Below, piece by piece: positions 46,245-55,344 of a DNA stretch of 64,000 nucleotides. Within the stretch, counting starts at the first letter, position 1, and every line of letters starts with the position of its first letter. This stretch comes from Gemmatimonadota bacterium (lineage in GTDB: Bacteria; Gemmatimonadota; Gemmatimonadetes; Palauibacterales; KS3-K002). The notes below the pieces were generated by a model that saw only the letters and a list, made by a program, of their open reading frames with translations, made no database searches and had not been told where the DNA came from. The position numbers were made by a program, and so were the translations under genes. The stretch covers positions 25,727 through 89,726 of the forward strand of contig JBDHJS010000026.1 of assembly GCA_039586795.1 (NCBI GenBank). Reading direction: 5' to 3'.

Positions 46245-46422
46245 GGTCCCGCGGGAAACGACTCATCGGCGGAGATTGCCATCTCTCTGGCACATACGGC
46301 GAATCTTGGCCAAGTGCGCAAACGCCAACCTTTTGTGAGACTGCCCCATCTTCATCGCGATGACAGATACTATTCTGTGAAGCCCGGTCCACTTATATTG
46401 TGGTAGACCATACTGTCCCTGG

Positions 46423-46451
46423 TTGCCGAAGCGCGAATTTCCCGCTAGGAT
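46423..46451 (+). promoter_or_regulatory. Sigma70 promoter of the Crp/Fnr gene
   Basis: TTGCCG-N17-TAGGAT. Confidence 0.55.
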
Positions 46452-46603
46452 ACGAATAGTTAGCCAATAAAAGCGGAGCGGCGGCGATCGTCGAACGCCC
46501 TGGAACGCAGCTATCCTGGGGGGGATCCAACCTGAGTAGCTCCCCCTATCGACGTTAGGTTCAACCGCGGCCCCAGAGGCCAATCCCAGAGGAGGAGACT
46601 GAG

Positions 46604-47305
46604 ATGCGATTCGGCCAGCGCCCGATGGGTGTATTGAAGAGCCTGACGCTATCGCAGCTGGACGACCTGAAAGCTGTTGGCGCGGTGCGTAACTACCGGA
46701 AGAACGAGAGCCTTTACGAGTTGGGTCAGCCGACCGATGCCCTGCATCTGGTGATGCGAGGTCGAGTGCGACTCCGCGACCGCGACTGGGAAGGCCGAGA
46801 CATCACTGTGACCTTTGCGGCAGAGGGTGAGGCATTTGGGCTGGAGGCGCTGGCGGAAATGCCGCGGCGGGTGCTGTCGGCGACGGCAGCGGAGTCGAGC
46901 GAGATCCTCTCGATCGACGTTGAGCCACTCAAGGACCTGTTGGCCCGGGACAATGTCTTGGCCAGGCACTTGCTTCGCGAGTCCGCATCGGTCATGACGC
47001 ATATGGACGAGCGGATAAAGATGCTGGCGTTTCTTGACGTCCCGTCCCGACTCGCCAGCACGATTCTCTGGTTGGCTGATCGCTACGGACAGGATAGAGA
47101 CAGCGGCCTCGAGGTGCCGTACTGGTTCACGCACCAGGAGATGGCTGATCTGATTGGCTCGACTCGCGAGACGGTCACGACGGTCTTGGCCGATTTCAAA
47201 CGGTCGGGACTGATCGACAGCCGCAACCACCATTTCGTCGTGATGAACCGCAACGCGGTGGTAAGCCGCATCAAGCTACCGGAGTTCGGCGAGACGGTTG
47301 GGTAG
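46604..47305 (+). CDS. Crp/Fnr family transcriptional regulator
   Basis: Cyclic-nucleotide-binding fold pattern (G..FG) and HTH THQEMADLIGSTRETVT; GGAGG RBS. Confidence 0.9.
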   Translation: MRFGQRPMGVLKSLTLSQLDDLKAVGAVRNYRKNESLYELGQPTDALHLVMRGRVRLRDRDWEGRDITVTFAAEGEAFGLEALAEMPRRVLSATAAESSEILSIDVEPLKDLLARDNVLARHLLRESASVMTHMDERIKMLAFLDVPSRLASTILWLADRYGQDRDSGLEVPYWFTHQEMADLIGSTRETVTTVLADFKRSGLIDSRNHHFVVMNRNAVVSRIKLPEFGETVG

Positions 47306-48125
47306 CGCCGCGACCGCGCCGGATCTTCGGCGTGCAATCGAGCGGCATTACGACTCGCTAGCGTTTCTCTACCGAGTCTTCTGGGGCGAGCACATTCATC
47401 ACGGCCTCTGGCCGTCGCGAGGTGGCTCGCCCCTTGATGCGCAGATCAGGCTCGTCTCGCACCTCGCCGATCGCGCCGCAGTGGAACGCGGAGAGCGTGT
47501 CCTGGACGTCGGCTGCGGATACGGCGCGCCCGCTCGATGGTTGAGCTCCTACCTCGACTGCGAAGTTATATCGATCACGATAAGTGAAAAGCAGGCCCGC
47601 CATGCGCACCGGGTGAATGGGCGAGCGGGTCAATCGCGAAGCATTGCGGTCATCCGCGCTGACGCCGCGACTCTACCCATCGCCGATGAATCCGTCGATG
47701 TCGTGTGGGTAGTCGAGTGCCTGGAGCATCTCGCCGACAAGCAACGCTTTATCAACGACGTAGCACGAGTTCTCAAGACCGGTGGACGGCTTGGCCTTTG
47801 TACGTGGCAAGACGGAGACAAAGAGCAGGGCTTGGTAGACGAGGTGTGCGATCGGTTTCTATGTCACTCCCTGGCGACCGAGGACGAGCTCCAATCATGG
47901 AGCGAGGCGGCGGGCTTGACCGTACGCGTTTCCGAAGACCTCACGAGTGACGTGAAGCGGACCTGGGATATCCTTACCCGGCGCGTTGGGCATTTCTGGC
48001 TGCGGCCGTTGAGGCTATTGGCGAGTCGTGAACTGCTGAGCTTTGTAGATGGCTTCCCGGTTATCGCTAAGGCCTACGAGACAGGAGCGATGAAGTACGG
48101 TTTGCTGGTCTCACAGAAAGCCTAG
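47298..48125 (+). CDS. Class I SAM-dependent methyltransferase (gamma-tocopherol MT-like)
   Basis: WGEHIHHG, VLDVGCGYG and ECLEH motifs. Confidence 0.85.
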   Translation: MGSAATAPDLRRAIERHYDSLAFLYRVFWGEHIHHGLWPSRGGSPLDAQIRLVSHLADRAAVERGERVLDVGCGYGAPARWLSSYLDCEVISITISEKQARHAHRVNGRAGQSRSIAVIRADAATLPIADESVDVVWVVECLEHLADKQRFINDVARVLKTGGRLGLCTWQDGDKEQGLVDEVCDRFLCHSLATEDELQSWSEAAGLTVRVSEDLTSDVKRTWDILTRRVGHFWLRPLRLLASRELLSFVDGFPVIAKAYETGAMKYGLLVSQKA

Positions 48126-48168
48126 ATCCACCTGATCGACCCCACTCCGCGAACGCCCTATTCCGTAT

Positions 48169-48624
48169 CTAAGGAAGACCGCGGATTCTCTCGTGATAGA
48201 GAAGCTCCCCTGTCGCCCGGTCCCTCAGTTCGAACGTCGTGTTGAGTCCGTCATACTCCAGGCTTCCGCGTATCGTTTGACCACACAGAAGTCGCATCCG
48301 CAAGGAGATCGGCCGCTCCTCCTGCCTGGATATGTAGTAGTTGCGAAGTCGGAGCATGCCAAGCACGCCAACCGCTCGACAAGCACCCTCGGAACTCTTC
48401 TCCACCAGATAGTGGAGCTCGCCCTCAACGCTGCCGATGCTGCTGGACAACTTCTGCCACTGCATCGCCAGTGTATCGACGGCCCCCAATTCGTGTTGCG
48501 TCACTTCAAACGGCAGCTGGGCAGCGGAATCCGCGGGTGTCATCGTCGTCGCCAGACCGACAGCGATCAATGAACTAAGTAGAAATCTTGTGCTCAACTT
48601 CCCCTCTCTGTCCGATACGGGCAT
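48169..48624 (-). CDS. Secreted hypothetical protein
   Basis: Signal-peptide-like N-terminus ending SAAQ. Confidence 0.55.
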   Translation of the reverse strand: MPVSDREGKLSTRFLLSSLIAVGLATTMTPADSAAQLPFEVTQHELGAVDTLAMQWQKLSSSIGSVEGELHYLVEKSSEGACRAVGVLGMLRLRNYYISRQEERPISLRMRLLCGQTIRGSLEYDGLNTTFELRDRATGELLYHERIRGLP

Positions 48625-48703
48625 ACCGGTGCGGCTGGTGGGAAGCTAGCACTATGAAGCGGTGTATGGCAGGGGTCGCTACGCATGCGACCGGTGCGGG
48701 ACT

Positions 48704-48919
48704 CTAGCCGTGGCCGTTTCCGGTCTGCTTGATTCCCGCAACCACCTCTTCGAGTATCTCGGTCGCGCGTTCCAAGCTGGTACCGTTCACGCTACCATTT
48801 CGGCTGAACGCGGCCTCCGCAGCGGCCTCGTTCAGGTTCCGGTACGCCTCCAACGTCTGACGGGCCAGATCCCTCAGGCGCAGTCCCTGTTCTTTTAAAC
48901 GGTTCTTCGTAATCGGCAA
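48704..48919 (-). CDS. Small hypothetical protein (71 aa)
   Basis: TTG start (MPITKNRLKEQ..) after GGAGGAG, just downstream of the GGDEF gene. Confidence 0.55.
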   Translation of the reverse strand: MPITKNRLKEQGLRLRDLARQTLEAYRNLNEAAAEAAFSRNGSVNGTSLERATEILEEVVAGIKQTGNGHG

Positions 48920-48932
48920 CTCACTCCTCCTG

Positions 48933-49895
48933 TCAATTGCCCGGCCCCCAGGCAGCGGCCACCTGTGCCCTGCCCGCGCCTCGGGCCTGATTGAGTGCGC
49001 GACTCGCTGCTGCAAGTAGTAGCTCCGGACAGGCCTGTACCTGACCGTTGCGGCCCTCCACTCCGGCAACCCCGGCGCTGAACGTGACCGCGTAGTCACC
49101 TTCTACCTGTCGCGTCAACGCGAGAGACGTGAACCGTTCGGCAAGCCGGACCGCTCCCGCCGGAGTTGTATGAGGCGCCAGCACCACGTACTTCATCGGC
49201 TCCAGGCGTCCGACGATATCGGAATTCCGTGTCCCGTGGTGGAGCGCCAACGAGAACATCTGCCCGGCCTCCATCATCGAATTCACGTTCTCATCCGTGC
49301 TATCGAGCATTTCATCAGAAGCGAAAACGATACACGACAACGGATCGTCGATGCGTTGAGCCAGCGCGGCCACTTCGCGCAGCCTGCGCTTCATGCCGGC
49401 GGACGTATAGTGGCCGGACTCGACGTCCAGAAGCAGACCCGATTGCATTCCGTCTACATCACGTTTCAACCAGGTCCACGTGCCCAGCTTCGCCACCAGC
49501 TCTCCAGCATCGATGGGGTATTCGAAGACATCCCAAAAACCATCCTCGTAGGCCGCCAGTCGGGACTCGTATGTCATCGTCGCATCGCAGATCCCAACGA
49601 TGGGCACCGGCATGCGTCGTTTCATGCTTCTCAGGTCACGCCCGATCTCGAGGCGCGCCGACACAGGTATGCGGAGATCATAGAGAACAGCATCTACCCG
49701 GCGGTCCTGCAGGAAGCCGGTCAACGAGCCCGGACGGGACCGGGCGCTCAGTCGATAGCGGTCACCACGAAGCAACGCCTCGAGCGATCCGATTAATGAC
49801 TCGTCAATCGTAAACAGCGTGATGGCCGCCGGCCCACGCGGCGACGACGTCGTTGCGTCGAGCGAGAACCGCGCCTGGCCTTTGTCCATGACCAT
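48933..49895 (-). CDS. Pseudo-receiver plus degenerate GGDEF domain protein
   Basis: PleD-like layout; active-site motif reads EPMKY; I-site RNSD retained; TFSAGVA. Confidence 0.75.
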   Translation of the reverse strand: MVMDKGQARFSLDATTSSPRGPAAITLFTIDESLIGSLEALLRGDRYRLSARSRPGSLTGFLQDRRVDAVLYDLRIPVSARLEIGRDLRSMKRRMPVPIVGICDATMTYESRLAAYEDGFWDVFEYPIDAGELVAKLGTWTWLKRDVDGMQSGLLLDVESGHYTSAGMKRRLREVAALAQRIDDPLSCIVFASDEMLDSTDENVNSMMEAGQMFSLALHHGTRNSDIVGRLEPMKYVVLAPHTTPAGAVRLAERFTSLALTRQVEGDYAVTFSAGVAGVEGRNGQVQACPELLLAAASRALNQARGAGRAQVAAAWGPGN

Positions 49896-49942
49896 TCATC
49901 GCCTCCGTTTGCAGTGCGGGACGGGCGCTCTCGCCAGTTAGT

Positions 49943-49958
49943 TGCAAGAGGTGAGCCG
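49943..49958 (-). promoter_or_regulatory. Sigma54 (-24/-12) promoter
   Basis: CGGCTCACCTCTTGCA fits TGGCACG-N4-TTGC spacing; AT-rich IHF-like CTACAAATACTTA upstream at 49986-49998. Confidence 0.6.
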
Positions 49959-50098
49959 GGCCTAGGCCCTACCTGATAGGCAGCGTAAGTATTTGTAGAT
50001 ATGAGAGTTAGTGCTTTGGCTGGAAAGAACGGATCGGCGCCCCGACGGCAAATGCTAGCCTCGGGTTGCAAACATTTCCGCCTTGCTGCGCGGTCGGC

Positions 50099-50374
50099 TC
50101 AGCCCGCTTTCGACTTCGCTTCCTCGAATATCGGCCGCAATTCCTCTATCCATCTCTGCTGCGCCGTTTCGTCGGCGGGATTCTCGATGTACTCCTCTAC
50201 GGTGTCGGCAGCCACCAGGCCGTGCGTAAAGGGGTGCGAATGGACTCTCAGCGACCAGCTGTCTGGGGAGTCATTCTGGTCACCGGGTGGCTTCGGCGTC
50301 ACGTTCCAGTAGCCGCCCCATTCACGAAACGTATCCATTACCGCGTCGCGAACCCGCTTCTTTAGGTCCTCCAT
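50099..50374 (-). CDS. Hypothetical protein (91 aa)
   Basis: Protein-like composition; GGAAGG upstream; overlaps the 3' end of the previous gene. Confidence 0.6.
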   Translation of the reverse strand: MEDLKKRVRDAVMDTFREWGGYWNVTPKPPGDQNDSPDSWSLRVHSHPFTHGLVAADTVEEYIENPADETAQQRWIEELRPIFEEAKSKAG

Positions 50375-50891
50375 GACCCTTCCACTCTGATAAACTGTCG
50401 GAAGATGCGGCGACCGTTGCCTGCTGCATTTGAGCCGTTGCCAGGTACTCGGTCGTCCTGCTCCCGGTGCGCTGGCGAAATCTTACTCGCAGGCGATGGG
50501 CCGCGAAGCCGATGGTGAACAGGAATCCCGTCGCGATGTGAACGATGGCTATCCCTGTCAGCCAGCCCGGCTGCGTTATCACCTGGATCAGGTAGCCGCT
50601 CACGATCATCGGTACCGTCACCAGCGTCGTGATAATTCCGCTCCTCAGACCGTACCGCAACCCCGCCTTTGCATGCGGCCAGATGTGGCGAGTGGCTATT
50701 AACCCCAACACGAACACCAGCGCGGGTACAACGAGTATGTGAGCCTTTAGAAGCCAGGGTTGCAGAGGATGGTTGATCACGGCCCACGGATCATCGCTCG
50801 TGATCAGGTACTTCGTCCAGAAGAGCCCAATCCCGGTGGCGGCGGTGGCTGTTGCGGTCAACCACAGACCCCATCTTTCAAAACTATTCAC
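50322..50891 (-). CDS. Four-helix His-rich membrane protein (cytochrome b-like)
   Basis: Four hydrophobic segments with His in or next to them (KAHIL, RHIWPH, VHIA, AHR); in an operon with apbE and the FMN-binding gene. Confidence 0.6.
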   Translation of the reverse strand: MNSFERWGLWLTATATAATGIGLFWTKYLITSDDPWAVINHPLQPWLLKAHILVVPALVFVLGLIATRHIWPHAKAGLRYGLRSGIITTLVTVPMIVSGYLIQVITQPGWLTGIAIVHIATGFLFTIGFAAHRLRVRFRQRTGSRTTEYLATAQMQQATVAASSDSLSEWKGHGGPKEAGSRRGNGYVS

Positions 50892-50901
50892 GACTATCCC
50901 C

Positions 50902-51456
50902 TTACTCGATCTCGGGAAGCGGCCTTATGACCTGGTGAAGCGCGAGCACTCGCCGAGCGGCGTAAGTGACAGCCCGCGATGTCAGAGTGGCGCCCGTCAT
51001 ATTCACAATCGCGCCTTTGACAGACAGTTCCTCGGTAAGCTCACGGCCGGAGAACTGGCCGAGCCAGCTCTCCGGCACGAGGTAGTCGGGTGGTTCTTGA
51101 AACTTGAGTATCTCGATACGATCGATCCGCGCATCAGGAGTTACAACGATCATCAGGACTTCAGGAAGGGTGCGAACGCGATGCGCGTCAAAGTATGCCA
51201 CGCCTAGCGGCGTACTGCCTTCCATACCGACGTAGTAAGTGACGACTCGCTGATCGACTTCCACATCCGGTCCGGCAAGATCGTCTGCCGTGGCCCGCTC
51301 TTCTTCGGCCAAGAAGGCCGTTTGCCTCTCTATTGTCGCTGGCTCTGGAAACGCCAAGCGTAGCGCCTCCTGCTGGGTCAAAAGGACCTGCGATCTTCCT
51401 GCCGAGGGAAGCACAACGCACAGCGCAAACGACAAAGCCAGCGAGCGATGTATCAT
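50902..51456 (-). CDS. Exported FMN-binding domain protein
   Basis: Signal peptide; F.EP..Y..WL.QF.G; flavinylation motif TGATLTS. Confidence 0.85.
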   Translation of the reverse strand: MIHRSLALSFALCVVLPSAGRSQVLLTQQEALRLAFPEPATIERQTAFLAEEERATADDLAGPDVEVDQRVVTYYVGMEGSTPLGVAYFDAHRVRTLPEVLMIVVTPDARIDRIEILKFQEPPDYLVPESWLGQFSGRELTEELSVKGAIVNMTGATLTSRAVTYAARRVLALHQVIRPLPEIE

Positions 51457-51458
51457 GA

Positions 51459-52841
51459 TCAGAACATGTAGCCCATGGAGACATTGAACTGATCAACGCC
51501 GGTGTCTGCTGCGTTCTTTCTAACCTGGTAGTCAGCTTTGACGATCAGGTTCGGGATCGGCAGCCACGCCGCGCCGAAAGTGAGGATCTGCCGGTCCGCT
51601 GCGCCGCTTCTCGAGAAGCCAGCCGGCACTCTGTTCTGAGTGTCGATCTGCTCGTAACGAACGTACGGGAGAAGTTGGTGCTGCGTTCGTATCTTATGAA
51701 GCACATCGTATCCACCTTCTACGTACCAACCGATCAGACGCTCTCCCACCGACTCATCGCCGGTGAAGCCCTGGACTTCGTTGATTGCCACGACATCATC
51801 CACCGTCGATAAGGCAAACAGTCCACGCAACCACAGACCGCGCGCGCGGTATTGGGCGTGCCCGTCCCAGATCATCGTCAGGGCGTTGATCGTCGACGTG
51901 CTATCCGCGGTTAGCGCGTCCTGCCCTGAGTTGCCGATATAAAAGGACGTGCCCACCAATAGGCCCAACACGCCCACGTAGTCGACCCTGGCCACTCCGG
52001 CGAAATCATTGGCCAGCGCTTTCGAGCCTTTCTGTCGCCCGCCGCGTAGTCCGGCCGCCGTGAATCCTCCAGCCCCCGATTCACCCGTCGCATCGAGACC
52101 ATTCACCACATAGGCCCGGTAGCCGAAGCCAGCGGTTCCGCCGAACACACCCAGGCCGTTCTCACGCCACGTCGAAGGAATGATGGCTCGCTCGGTCTCC
52201 GGGCGAGTGCTGCCCATGAACGTCGGAGGCTCGTGCAGCTCGTTCAGAAAACCCATCGGCACAAGCAACAGGCCGGCGCGACCGCCAAGCGGGTTCGAGA
52301 ATAGCCAGTCAACATACGCGAACTCGAGCGACACCGACCCGCTCTTGCTCGTCGACGCGTGCTCTACCTCGATCTCCGAGTTGAAGAGGAATCTGTCGTT
52401 GAACTTGTAGCCGATGTACACGACACCACGCAGCGCGTCGACCACGTTGTTCTTGTCGGATGGGGCACCATCCTGGCGGCTTTCCGAGAACCCCGTAAAC
52501 AGGAACTCTCCGTAGCCGCCAATCGACACGCCCTGCTGTACCCTGTAAACTTTCGAAGCGGCGGGGCCGAGGCCGTAGACAGCGGTGTCAGCCTGGACTA
52601 CGACCTCCTGCCCCAGCTTGAGCTCCTCGATCTCGCGCGTGATCGCCTCGATCTGGAGGCGCATCTCGACGATCGCCGCGCTGTCAGCACCTTCTAATCG
52701 CTGCGTGAGAAGCTCGACCTGCCGCTCGAGATCTCTCAACCGTTCCTCAACAGTCCTCTCCTGCCCAGAGGCCGGCGCGGTCAATAGCAACAGCGCCGTA
52801 ACCACGCTGAGAATCAGCCTGCCCCATACTCCCGATCTCAT
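51459..52841 (-). CDS. Outer-membrane porin-like beta-barrel with an N-terminal coiled coil
   Basis: Signal peptide; coiled coil; IGGYGE, FNSEIEVEHA, LEFAY, NELHEP and IIPSTW motifs; C-terminal GYMF. Confidence 0.75.
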   Translation of the reverse strand: MRSGVWGRLILSVVTALLLLTAPASGQERTVEERLRDLERQVELLTQRLEGADSAAIVEMRLQIEAITREIEELKLGQEVVVQADTAVYGLGPAASKVYRVQQGVSIGGYGEFLFTGFSESRQDGAPSDKNNVVDALRGVVYIGYKFNDRFLFNSEIEVEHASTSKSGSVSLEFAYVDWLFSNPLGGRAGLLLVPMGFLNELHEPPTFMGSTRPETERAIIPSTWRENGLGVFGGTAGFGYRAYVVNGLDATGESGAGGFTAAGLRGGRQKGSKALANDFAGVARVDYVGVLGLLVGTSFYIGNSGQDALTADSTSTINALTMIWDGHAQYRARGLWLRGLFALSTVDDVVAINEVQGFTGDESVGERLIGWYVEGGYDVLHKIRTQHQLLPYVRYEQIDTQNRVPAGFSRSGAADRQILTFGAAWLPIPNLIVKADYQVRKNAADTGVDQFNVSMGYMF

Positions 52842-52845
52842 CTGC

Positions 52846-53880
52846 TCACTTCCCTTCTAGCTCTTCGAGCCATGACTCCATGGCTCGATTCCAAGTTGCA
52901 TCCAGGGGGCCGCCACCATTTGCGAGGAACAGCACTCCGATGTCGTCGAACGTCTCCGCCCACTTCATCCCGTCCTCCGGGCCAAGAACGAAGAGAGCCG
53001 TAGAGAGTAGGTCGGCGACCACCGCATCAACCGCCACGACGGTCACACTCCCCCACGCCGGCACCGGTAGCCCCGAGCGTGGGTCCAGAATGTGTCCGTA
53101 CCGCTTTCCGTCTATTTCTATGAACCGCTCCGATGCCGAGCTTGTAGCCGCTGATCGTTCAACCAGCCGGATTACCGCCACCGTTTCTAGACGCCGCTCC
53201 GGATGCGCCACACCGATCCTCCAGCTTCGCTCATCCGCTGGGCGTCCGAACGACAACAGCTGACCGCCGAAGTCGAGCAGCGCCGACTCGACGCCCTGTT
53301 CGCGAAGCACGCCCGCCGCTGATCTCAGCGCGGCGCCCTTGCCAAAGCCGCCTGCCGACACCCACCCGTCCACATGGCCTCGCGAGGCCGTGCCCGACAA
53401 CGGGTCGAGCTCCAACGCCCGCCCACCGCTCGCCTGCAGCGCCCGCCTAATCTGGGACTCGCTGGGGCGCCGACCGGCGCCTCGTAGATCCCACGCATCA
53501 ATCAGAGCACCCACCGCCGGATCGAAGGCGCCGCCGCTTAGACTCGACCAATGCCGAGCCTCTGCGAGGAGATCGAACAGCTCGGCGGATATCGGCACCG
53601 CCGTACCCGGGTCGGCTGAGTTCAGACGTCCCAGTTCGCTTTCGGTCCACCAGCTACTCAGGATTGCCTCCAACCGCCGTATCTCGGCAAACGCCGCCTC
53701 GATCGCTTCGGCCCCAGCCGCGGCACTTGGCGCGACCACGGAGACTCGCAGCACCGTACCCATCAGATAGGCCTGGCGCTGGACGGTGATCTCAGGTGTT
53801 GGGGGGTACGAAGCGAGGCGTGGCGCGTTGGAGAGGGCCAGCCAAAGGGAGAGGCGAAGGATGAGTAACGGAGCGTTCAG
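52846..53880 (-). CDS. apbE: FAD:protein FMN transferase
   Basis: MGT, SELGRLN, GAFDPAVG, GGFGKG, DFGG, ATS, HILDPRSG and ADLLST motifs. The frame is open upstream of Met 53763 to a CTG at 53880, adding a hydrophobic signal-like segment; start uncertain. Confidence 0.88.
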   Translation of the reverse strand: MNAPLLILRLSLWLALSNAPRLASYPPTPEITVQRQAYLMGTVLRVSVVAPSAAAGAEAIEAAFAEIRRLEAILSSWWTESELGRLNSADPGTAVPISAELFDLLAEARHWSSLSGGAFDPAVGALIDAWDLRGAGRRPSESQIRRALQASGGRALELDPLSGTASRGHVDGWVSAGGFGKGAALRSAAGVLREQGVESALLDFGGQLLSFGRPADERSWRIGVAHPERRLETVAVIRLVERSAATSSASERFIEIDGKRYGHILDPRSGLPVPAWGSVTVVAVDAVVADLLSTALFVLGPEDGMKWAETFDDIGVLFLANGGGPLDATWNRAMESWLEELEGK

Positions 53881-53925
53881 GGCTTGGACCGTTTCCTAGT
53901 ATACAGTACCACAGTATACAGTGAT

Positions 53926-53944
53926 ATTGAGATCCATTCTCATC
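53926..53944. promoter_or_regulatory. Fur-like box upstream of the apbE operon
   Basis: 7-1-7 TGAGAAT-G-GATCTCA (minus strand) versus the consensus TGATAAT-N-ATTATCA. Confidence 0.6.
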
Positions 53945-54294
53945 TAGCTGGGGCCGTGTCGAAAATACTAACAACGTTGCACTTCGTCAAGACGGTGGGA
54001 TACGGGGGTCCGGCTAGTACCAGATTCAGGGCGGCTGGGATTGATGAGGCTCGGATTCGCTGCGAGACCCCCCACCGCCCCGACCCCCCGAATCTCGCAA
54101 TCCCTCAACCCTACCAGCTTGCGGGCCGATTCCGGCGCGGCCATTATGTCCCATGCTCCACCGGCCCCAGGGGCTCGCACGCGGTACTTCGGAGGAGGTA
54201 CCCGGGTCGCTTCCCACACGAGAACAGCCGCATCACCGCCGACGCGCGGAAGTCAGCGTCCGGACGAATCATTAGATCCAGGAGATGATCTCAA

Positions 54295-55278
54295 ATGACC
54301 GACCGCAATCTCTCTCGACGCGATTTTGTGAAGGTGGGGGCCGCCGGAACAGCCGGCCTTTACGTGACCGCACAGAACGCGCACGCCACCGGAGCAATGC
54401 CGCAGCGTCCTCTGGGCAGAACCGGCCACAACGTCAAGCTGTTCAGCCTCGGCGGCCAGGCGACGCTTGAGCAGTACGGCACCCGAGAGGAGTCGATCGG
54501 GATCATCAACCGGGCGATCGATCTGGGCGTGAACTACATCGACACGGCAGCAGCCTACGGTCGCGGTATCAGCCAGACCTACATCGGCGAAGTCATGGCG
54601 ACGCGCCGCGACGAGGTGTTTCTCGCCACCAAGACGCATGACCGGACGCGCGATGGCTCGTTCCGCCTGCTGGAAGAAAGCCTCAGGCTGCTACAGACGG
54701 ATCACCTGGACCTCTGGCAGCTACACAATGTGCGGACCGAAGAGCAGCTGGAGCGGATCTTCGGTAGCGGAGGAGCGATCGAGGCCCTACAGCAAGCGCA
54801 GGAAGAGGGGGTCGTCCGCTTCCTAGGTATCACAGGGCACTATGACCCTGACGTACTGGCTACCGCCATCCGGCGGTTCGACTTCGACACGGTGCTGATG
54901 GCGCTCAATCCTGCGGACCGGGGCTTTCTACCGTTCCAGACCGATCTGCTCTCGCTGGCCAACGAGAAGCAGATGGGTGTGATCGCGATGAAGATCCCGG
55001 CGCGCGGCCGCATGTTCAAAGAAGGCGGGGTCACGAACATGCAGGACGCGCTTTCCTACGTGTTGACGTTGCCGATCAGCACGGCGATCGTCGGCTGCGA
55101 CAACATAGAGCAGCTGGAGGAGAACATATCGATCGCGACGAACTTTCAGCCGCTGACGCCGGACGAGATGGCCCGTTTGGAAGGACTCTCAGAGAGCTAC
55201 GCGGCGGATGCGGCGTTCTTCAAGAAGGGCGGCGCCGGCTTCGGAAGAGCGGGCATCGACGACCAGCAAAGCGACTAG
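54295..55278 (+). CDS. Aldo/keto reductase with a twin-arginine signal
   Basis: SRRDFVK; RPLGRTG, GVNYIDTA..Y, LATK, LWQLH, GITGH and IAMK motifs. Confidence 0.88.
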   Translation: MTDRNLSRRDFVKVGAAGTAGLYVTAQNAHATGAMPQRPLGRTGHNVKLFSLGGQATLEQYGTREESIGIINRAIDLGVNYIDTAAAYGRGISQTYIGEVMATRRDEVFLATKTHDRTRDGSFRLLEESLRLLQTDHLDLWQLHNVRTEEQLERIFGSGGAIEALQQAQEEGVVRFLGITGHYDPDVLATAIRRFDFDTVLMALNPADRGFLPFQTDLLSLANEKQMGVIAMKIPARGRMFKEGGVTNMQDALSYVLTLPISTAIVGCDNIEQLEENISIATNFQPLTPDEMARLEGLSESYAADAAFFKKGGAGFGRAGIDDQQSD

Positions 55279-55344
55279 ACAACGAACGGCGCGTGCCGAA
55301 GGGCACGTGGGTGATGGGTTTCGAAGAGAAGGGTTATTAGAGCC

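Noticed and set aside
46330..46395. CRP boxes (TGTGA half-sites) upstream of the Crp/Fnr gene
   Set aside because: The second half-sites (CCCAT, GTCCA) match TCACA poorly
46500..46575. c-di-GMP-II riboswitch
   Set aside because: Only the tail (TTAG..CAACCG) resembles it; the kink-turn and GGGCAC-type loop are absent
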